Notes under the pieces: generated by a model
What the model was told of the DNA's origin: nothing
The model's database searches: none
Seen by the model: the letters and a program-made list of their open reading frames with translations, nothing else
Made by a program: the position numbers and the translations under genes
In this document: in pieces, positions 54,840 through 64,000 of the stretch
Layout: each line of letters opens with the position of its first letter
How positions within the stretch are numbered: the first letter of the stretch is position 1
Source of the DNA: Octopus sinensis
Taxonomy: Eukaryota
Reading direction: 5' to 3'
Length of the DNA: 64,000 nt
Assembly (NCBI RefSeq): GCF_006345805.1
Contig: NC_043003.1
Location: forward strand, 40,486,001-40,550,000

Positions 54840-55610
54840 TCAGTTTCCATCTGCAAACCAGCAGAAACCTCTAGAAATGTCTTATGAAGGTTGGTAAATC
54901 TGGATGGGTCGTTCGTTTCAAGACTTCGGTATAGTAGCATGCCTTTCTATCTAGAGATTTTGAGCCTTCTGTCATTCTACAATGCCGTTTTTTCAAGTGC
55001 GAAAACCCTGGTGATCAAGAAGTTTTGAGGAGATCGATTACGTTAGCAAGGGGCCTAAGTAGTTTTGGTCAGCGGAAATCAACCAGCATTTCACAACTTT
55101 CCCTTACTGGCCTACGAGAGGAGTTTATAATGTCACAAACAAAAGAAGCCTCGAAGTACAGAGATTGGAGAAGTACTAAAGAAGCAGAAGGGGGCATTGC
55201 AGTTTGTACAGATAGGAAGTGAAATGCTACCAGAGGGCAGCAAGTGTCAGAGGAACAGCTAAGAAAAAGAGTGAGAATGATATCCTCCAAGAAGGTGTAG
55301 TGAAAGCACGGGCCAATGGGATGGTGGATTCAGCCAACAAAGAGCCTGGAGAAGATAGGACAGCGTACAGTAATCGGACATTAGATATCCGTCGGTCTGA
55401 CATCTGGGCATCGGATCTTTGATCCCGACTACGTACAGCGTTTTATTAAGTCTGACAAACCTTGACTAGTAGGGCAAGGATGAAGTACCTTCTAGTCATT
55501 TCTGAACTGAAAGAGATTCCTTTCAACACCTCAGTAACTGAGGCCTGAGCCTTAGCCAATGGCTGCTACTGCTGGCGATGTGATCAGGTGCGCAAGATGG
55601 TTGTAGTAGT
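54840..55610 (+). mobile_element. HERO/NeSL-group non-LTR retrotransposon fragment
   Basis: QLSLTGLREEFIMSQTKEASKYRD..GIAVCTDRK* and ALANGCYCWRCDQV resemble HERO LQLP..EEFK..GRKW and ALxEGRYRWRHDQV. Confidence 0.65.
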
Positions 55611-55637
55611 GATAACGACAGCTATTAAGTAACAGCA

Positions 55638-55975
55638 CATGGTTCAGTGGTTAGAGCATCGGGCTCACAATCATGAGGTAGTGAGATCGACTCCCAGACC
55701 GGACTCTGTGTTGTGTTCTTCAGCAAACACTTTACTTCACGTTGCTCCAGTCCACTCAGCTGTAGAAATGAATTGTGATGTCACTGGTGCCAAGCTGCAT
55801 CAGCCTTTGCCTTTCCCTTGAATAACATCGGTGGCGTGGAGAGAGGAAACTGTTATGCATAGGCAACTGCTGGTCTTCCTTAAACAACCTTGCTTGGGCT
55901 TGTGCCTCGGAGGGAGGATTCTAGGTGCAATCCTATGGCCATTCATGACCGAAGGAGGTCTTTACCCTTTACTCT
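55638..55975 (+). mobile_element. SINE family C
   Basis: tRNA-like head; matches 28011-28341. Confidence 0.85.
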
Positions 55976-56059
55976 AAGTCTACCAAAAGACCACTCCCAG
56001 GAAAGAGACCATCAATTTTCTCCGGACTAGAGAAAATCCCAGGCCTCTTAAACATCAAT

Positions 56060-56228
56060 GAATATTGTTCTATATTTCAGAGATGAGGAATTATGTACAT
56101 TATTTACGTCATCATCTTGTTTGTTGTCAACGCAACGTTTAGGCTGATATACGCTTCAGCCTTCATCAGGTGTATTGGGGAAATTTCGAACCTGGGTTCT
56201 CATTCCTAAGGTATTTTTCGATGTTACT
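56060..56228 (-). mobile_element. Penelope-type repeat with hammerhead motif at 56131-56172 (G12U)
   Basis: Minus strand CAC-CUGAUGA-A-GGCUGA(..)UCAGCC-UAA-ACGU-U-GCG. Confidence 0.55.
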
Positions 56229-56235
56229 ATTATTA

Positions 56236-56277
<42 letters not shown>

Positions 56278-56293
56278 TATTATTATTATTATT

Positions 56294-56324
<31 letters not shown>

Positions 56325-56329
56325 TATTA

Positions 56330-56364
<35 letters not shown>

Positions 56365-56452
56365 TATTATTATTATTATTATTAATTATTATATTTTATT
56401 ATTGTTATTGTTATTGTTGTTATTGTTGTTCTAATTATTATTATTATTATTA

Positions 56453-56492
<40 letters not shown>

Positions 56493-56495
<3 letters not shown>

Positions 56496-56715
56496 TAGTT
56501 TTATTTTTATAGCGTGCTTTCACTTCACTACCGAGCGCAGCTCTGTGTGCCTTGGGTATGTGCTGTGATTTGTTGTGATGCTCTGATGGTTATTGTATGG
56601 AAAGTGTTCTGCGTAGGATGTGTGCAGTGCCTAGTAGTGCAATTTTCTGTATGTTATATGTGTTTGTAAGTCCTGGTGTCTTTGTTATGTATTTGTCTGA
56701 ATATTTTTTATCATG
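56493..56715 (-). mobile_element. R4/Dong-like 3' end between (TTA)n tracts
   Basis: Reverse complement of 36045-36258. Confidence 0.8.
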
Positions 56716-56735
56716 CCTAATTTTTTTATCATGCC

Positions 56736-56817
<82 letters not shown>

Positions 56818-56822
<5 letters not shown>

Positions 56823-56890
56823 TCACCGCCTGGAATCAAACTCGGAATCTTGGGTTTAGTAGCCCGCGCTCTTAACCTTTAGGCCATATG
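56818..56890 (-). mobile_element. short tRNA-derived SINE with (AAT)n tail
   Basis: Minus strand tggcctaaaggttaagagcgcgggctactaaacccaagattccgagtttgattccaggcggtgacctgaataataat. Confidence 0.6.
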
Positions 56891-57076
56891 AATATTCCTA
56901 CTTACCACAATCTTCGACTGGCAGCTCAAGCTGGATCTTGTTGATATCGTACCAGCGAGACTCCACTCAGGTATAATTATCTTCTCCATTTTTAACAAAC
57001 AGGTGATCACGTGGGAGATCACTCTACCGTGAAAAGAACATATAGTAGAGGATCATAAGAAAAAACTGGTAATAGG

Positions 57077-57242
57077 CACAGGCATGGCTGTGTGGTAAGC
57101 TTGCTTACCAACAACATGGTTCAGTCCCACTGCGTGGCACCTTAGGCAAGCGTCTTCTACTATAGCCTCGGGCCAACGAAAGCCTTGTGAGTGCATTTGG
57201 TAGACGGAAACTGAAAGAAGCCTGTCGTATGTATATATATAT

Positions 57243-57330
<88 letters not shown>

Positions 57331-57520
57331 CGTTTGTGTATCACCCCAATATCGCTTGACAATCGATGCTGGTGTGTTTACGTCCCTGTAACTTAGCGGT
57401 TCGGCATAAAAGACCGTAGGCGTACAAAGAATATGTCCTGCTGTCGATTTGCTCGACTAAAGGCGGTGCTCCAGCATGGCCGCAGTCAAAATGACTGAAA
57501 CAAGTAAAAGAGCAAAGAGT
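57077..57520 (+). mobile_element. SINE family A
   Basis: Head to tail (ggcggtgctccagcatggccgcagtcaaaatgactgaaacaag). Confidence 0.85.
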
Positions 57521-57579
57521 AAAGAGTAAATACTGAGAGTTGGTAAAACACTGCAAAAACCATTGCTCTCAGACACGTT

Positions 57580-57880
57580 GCGAGGCAACTGAAGTAGGTA
57601 CTGATGTCTTGTTAGACGTTCACTCTGTATGTTTCTGACTGCGATTGGAGTTACTGGTGCAGCCAAGAGGAGGGCCGTAAATTCCATCACAAAAGCCGTA
57701 GTGCGGGCCACCAAAAGGCTTTGTATAGAGAAGGTAGGTAGGTGGGTTGCTGCTACTAGAGTGTTAAATGGAAATTGATCAAGCACAGATGGGTTGACTG
57801 AGTGAGGAAGTGTGGCGTTGAAAGATCCGAAACCGCTAAGATTCCAGAAATATCACTGATGGTGAATACCAGAGCATCCG
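57580..57880 (+). mobile_element. HERO-like C-terminus and 3' UTR
   Basis: RRSLCMFLTAIGVTGAAKRRAVNSITKAVVRATKRLCI resembles the HERO C-terminal pattern; UTR ttgaaagatccgaaac..atcactgatg. Confidence 0.65.
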
Positions 57881-58207
57881 TGGGATGAATATTGGAACGA
57901 AAATATGTATGTATGTATGTAAGTATGTACGTATTATGTATGTGCGTACGTATGTATGTATTTGTTTAATTGTCCGTCTATCTATCACTTTATTTAATGG
58001 ACTGAACAAAAACTTGCAAAATCACATACACGTGTGCGCGCACACACATACACCCGGGCACGCGCATTCACACGCGCACAGGCATATTAAAGAAGTGATA
58101 ATTTGTTCTGAGACCATGTGTTGAAACTGAAGCTATTAGATAGTGGAAGAGTCATTTTTCATTCAAGATTATACAAAACTCTTATGTTGTTCACATTTCA
58201 ATTTATT

Positions 58208-58565
58208 TATGGTTCCGGGTTCAGTCCCACTGTGTGGCACCTTGGGAGAGTGTCGTCTACTATCGCCTCGGGCCGACTAAAGCCTTGAGAGTGTATTTGG
58301 TACACGGAAACTGAAAGAAGCCCGTCGTATATATGTATATATATATATATATGTGTGTGTGTTTGTGTGTCTGTGTTTGTCTCCCCAACATCGCTTGACA
58401 ACCGATGCTGGTGTTTTTATGTCCCCGTAACTTAGTGGTTCGGCAACAGAAACCGATAGAGTAAGTACTAGGCTTATAAACAATAAGTACTGGGGTCGAT
58501 TTGCTCGACTAAAGGCGGTGCTCCAGCATGGCCACAGTCACATTACAGAAACAAGTAAAAGAGTA
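58208..58565 (+). mobile_element. SINE family A
   Basis: Same body and tail as the other copies. Confidence 0.85.
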
Positions 58566-58886
58566 AAAGAATAAGAGTGTACAATTTATTAAGTAATAAC
58601 GAAAATTTTAATCGTAACATTTTCAATGACACGACTGCACCACAATTTATTTAACACTAAAAAAAGAAAACTTCTTTATTTTTTCCATCACCTCTCAAAA
58701 ATTTAAACATGCAAACAACTGCCTTATGCAACAATAGTCGGAGTTCGTCGAAAGGTGTTTATTGTAAATGTGTTTCGTTGTTTAACTTGATATACTGTCA
58801 AACCAATAATCGCAATCTACTTATTTCTTCTTTAAATAAAAAATATTTACATCGTATAATCTCTTGTATAGATTTTCTACGCATTA

Positions 58887-59289
58887 CGGTAATCCCTCAC
58901 CATATCACGGTTCCCCTTTCGCGGTTTATTATTGAAGCTTACTTTGAGCCCTCTGTGATATTATTTCGCATTTATACCCGGCCGCCAACACTATTGTCTG
59001 CAAAATAGGGGTAGCTTATTCTGTTCAGGCTATATTATTAGCATTATCCTGCGTTTGAGAATTTAAAATCACTTCTTTTAACTTTCTAAGATATCTCAAC
59101 GCTTCCAAAGCAAACTTCGTTTGTTTGTTTACGTTCATCGTAATTTGAATTTAATAAAAAAAATATATACAAATTATAAAAATAACACAAAAATATACAG
59201 TACAGTACAGTACTGTTTCTACTTCGCGGATTTTCACCTATCGCGGGGGCTTTGGGAACGTTACACTCGTGATAGTCGTGGGATTACTG
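58887..59289. mobile_element. pogo/Tigger-like MITE
   Basis: Imperfect TIRs cggtaatccctcaccatatcacg / cgtgatagtcgtgggattactg, with TA at the left end. Confidence 0.6.
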
Positions 59290-59453
59290 CAGTATTTTTT
59301 ACAATAGCCTATAATTCCTTCACGTGTCTGTCTCTCTGTCTTAATCTCTCTCCACTCTCTCTCTCTATATATATATGTATATACCGACAGAAAGACACTC
59401 ACACATATTTCTCTATTACGCCCGTTTTTTCTACATTATAACTCCTGCTTAAA

Positions 59454-59484
59454 TTTCTGAAGAGCTTAAGCTTGAAACGTCAAA
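59454..59484 (+). ncRNA. minimal hammerhead-like motif with intact core
   Basis: UUU-CUGAAGA-GC(UUAA)GC-UU-GAA-ACGU-C-AAA; stem II irregular. Confidence 0.5.
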
Positions 59485-60284
59485 GGTACTTCTATGTGAA
59501 AGGAAATTTACGCCTTGAGAGTTAAACTGGTAATTAAACTTTATATTCGCTTTGTTATCTGTGCTCCTATCTTTTTTCGTTACTATTGTACATACACACA
59601 CATATATGCATATAAACTCACACACGTACATATATACACGCATACACACACTGCCAAACTTTAAGCATCTTCATATATTATACACAAAAAGAAAAATAAA
59701 CATGAAATTATCTTGACGTGTTTCACAATTTGATAACAATACTCCTCAACCCAATGTCCATCAAGCGAATCCCATAGCAATCGCTATTTAAATCAAACAC
59801 AAACTATATCAATGCGATTGAGAGAATTTACTTAAATTTGTTATGAATAAATATTTCTGTAAAACGCGTGGTGTATTCTGAAGAACCATTGCAATATAGC
59901 TATACGCATTACAATGTTTTCAGAAGCAATATCGTTACATTTTTTGGATTATTATACTTTTTGATACGTTAGGTGAAGTTGAATTTTGAAAGTTTAATCG
60001 ATATTAGCGTGTGGTATATTAATATATCTGTTCCCTTGGATTCAATTTCACTTGCGATTTCGATTATACACACACACCACACACACACACACACACAGAC
60101 ACACACATATATATATATAGTTATGCGTATGTATATATATGTATGTGTGTTTCTATATGTGTATGCATGTATAATGTATATATGTGTGTGTGTTAGTGTA
60201 TACGTTCATGACATGAATATAAGTAGATAAATGAGGTAAATCAACATTTGATTGTATATATCATCATTTATATTACTGATTGTT

Positions 60285-60329
<45 letters not shown>

Positions 60330-60599
60330 TGTTTTATCTTTTTCTTGGCATTTCTGTTTTTCTATTCCTGTAAATTTTTATTTCGTTATATCTTTAAGTT
60401 TTCCAACTAGTTGTTTATAAATCTCAATTATTTCATATATATTTCCAATATATTACAATTTTTGGTTTTCATTGAAACTGTGAATTATATGAGAGGCGGT
60501 CCTCATGCAAAATTATTTTATTCCTTTGATCAGTGAATATCCTGCATATAATATTCCATTTGAATATATGCAAACACATGCATGCTGACATACAACCAC

Positions 60600-61440
<841 letters not shown>

Positions 61441-61561
61441 ACTTACATATATTGTATAGATATGTACATATTCGTTACGCAGTTTAATAATCAGTAACAG
61501 CAGGAGGGATAACTATTATTGAAAATTGGTTTGATGTGCATAAAGGTAAACAGGAATGGTA

Positions 61562-61668
<107 letters not shown>

Positions 61669-62559
61669 CAGCAGCAGCAGCAGGTGTATGAGGAAATTCA
61701 GGGAGAGTGACGATAATACTTAAGCTCTGCCGGGAATCGGTTTTCATGAAACAAGCTAGTGAGCCAGATAATGAAAAGTGATCTGAATACAGGAAATATA
61801 TCTGTTCAGTAGGTGAAACTTCATATATATTGTATTCTATTTGCCTAATGTATTTCATTGAAAAACTATACGGAAAATAGCGACGCAAATATAAAATAGA
61901 GAAACGCATGAGACAGACACCCAATAGTTATTAACCCTGTGTAAATAATATCGAGTGGTTAATAACAAGACAACTATCATGTGACTCAAAGTTTTGGAAA
62001 ATAATTGAAGTTTGGTTCTTTTACTCTTTTATTGGTTCCTGTTATTGAGCTTCGGCCACACTTGATACCGTAATGAACGCTGTTGCTGCTCCTGCGATCG
62101 TTCCGTGCTTGGTATTTAATAAGTGAGACAGTTTAATATAGCTCAACTCATACGTGTATTCTTTGTGATGTGGCTTCGTTTAGGATAATTTAGAATATTA
62201 TGTGCAAATGTTATATAACAGATATACATTGAGTGCTATATGCTTCAAGTATATCTCTTTTATTTTGCAGTATACTAGAGGACTATAGTTGATTGAATCC
62301 CAGCCAAAGTTACTGGGTTATCTAGTTTTAGCTCGGAGAGGTCAGACTTTTTAGTACCCATTTCGGCTATTTGTACGTTTCCCTAAAAAGTTTAGCAGTG
62401 ATTCTTCACTCCAAATTCCCTAGGGGTACACTTAATTCGCCACCCAGTTTAACACAACCATCAGGTCCATGATGACATTAATAGAGTACATTCTGTTACT
62501 AGTCTTGAAATCATGACTCTGGTCTGCAGGATATATTGATTTCTTCTTGCACCCCGCTC

Positions 62560-62790
62560 AGATGGGTACCATATTTCTCTCTCTGTTTATGCAATGTAGT
62601 GAAGTAAAATTTTCAAATTGAAATTATTTCTTATATTTTCCTGATATTCAGTCGAATAGAATCTTAAAGCTTTAAAACTCTCCCTGTAATTTAGCTGCCG
62701 CCTAGAGAATTGCTTCCTGTTTAGCAGTGATATTGTGACTATGGGGAGACCATAGGTGGGAAGAAGAATCGAGAGGATTGAGAGCAAGAG
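62560..62790 (-). mobile_element. degenerate CR1/L2-group LINE remnant
   Basis: Minus strand LWSPHSHNITAKQEAIL*AAAK resembles LWSPH..KxEAxQRxxTK of the 39.4-40.2 kb LINE. Confidence 0.45.
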
Positions 62791-64000
62791 TCTGCTAAAA
62801 GATTGACTTGGTATTTTGTTTTCTTATTCTGAATGTTCTCAGGATTTATTCTTCAACTTGTTTGCATGCTATCGTTATCTTATAATTTCTACATCTAAAA
62901 CAATATACCTTACTTATAATTCCATGTCACGCATAGATTCTTATTCTCAAACTGCAGTCCGTCCTGGCCTTGTGTTTCTAGGGTGTAATGTGTTAGCCGG
63001 TAGATAGATGCTTGAAGCTTTCAATTTCAACATTCAATTGCACGCATTTTACAACCATTCACAATATAGCATCAAAGTTTTGTTGTAAGTTCTTTATAAA
63101 TATCTAACATAATCAGGACACTTGTGAGAGTGACAATCTTACATTTATTACAAAGGATAATGAACGCAAGACAGTTCCGAGGAACGTAACTCAAAATCAG
63201 GACTATTGTGAAGAACAATAATGCAAGATATCTGATCAGAAAAAAAGAAAAAAGATTTCTGTAGTTACATGGCTTTCAAAAAGTTACAGTTTACTACAGC
63301 TACTGTAGCTGTAGCGAAATTAGATTCTGTTCTGAAAAATAAATAAGATTACAATTATCTAATTAAAATACTCATGTTTTTCCCTCTTGTTAAGAGCAAT
63401 AGTAATTCGCATGTGGGCATGAATCACCAAAGTTGGATGCAGAAAGAAAGAAAAGGATCGTGGTTTTTGAAGTTATATGTTATAGAGAGATCCGTTGCGT
63501 TCTATATACTAAACATTCAACTGGCGAAAATGTTAAGAAAGAAATATTTTTGAGAAGACTCCAAGCTACGAAATACTGTCAGTTTTTACAAGATGGAAAA
63601 CTAGTTTAGTCATGTGGCACGACACTATGGCACCTTGACTATTGCGAATGTATGACAATTATGGACAAACTGTAAACATATATATTAAAGACGTATAGCA
63701 AATTACAAAGAGCGTGGGTGATTTAGCAACATCAAGGAATGGACAGAAAGAGGGACTGGAAAGAGGGACAGAGGTGGTGACGTCTATTGATGTACACTTA
63801 TGGCTTCCTTATACTTACCAAATTATTCAAAATTCAGAACTATTGTACACTTGGATAAAAGAAAAGTAGTGTCCAATCAACTAATAAGAATCTGAAGTCG
63901 AACAAACGGTAATAAAAAGATTTCTGACAGAAACTACAACTGATGCAGCTAAATAACAAAGAAACTGAGCTTTATGGCCGGTTTATTATAATAAATTTAT

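Overview
AT-rich, microsatellite-saturated animal genomic DNA. The SINE content looks like octopus (coleoid cephalopod); this is recognition and inference, not a database result. I found no supportable host-gene exon, tRNA or rRNA, so the window is probably intronic or intergenic, and almost all ORF-track entries are microsatellite or antisense-TE artefacts. The window is a layered transposon graveyard. It holds about five tRNA-derived SINE families, a ~3.1 kb CR1/L2-group LINE (APE+RT, disrupted), and R4/Dong, HERO and RTE fragments. It also holds a Penelope-like RT+GIY-YIG remnant, mariner, maT/DD37D and pogo/Tigger elements, and non-autonomous Helitrons. The most interesting signals are: (1) at least six sequence-unrelated families of minimal type-I hammerhead-ribozyme motifs of the Penelope/retrozyme kind; (2) a perfect 370-bp palindrome at 34794-35163; (3) an ungapped ~245-bp imperfect hairpin at 2519-2763 with an alternative branched centre; (4) local templated or inverted copies beside (TA)n tracts; and (5) a candidate cis-regulatory module at 10.2-10.6 kb. 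Coordinates were counted by hand, so degenerate ends are approximate.
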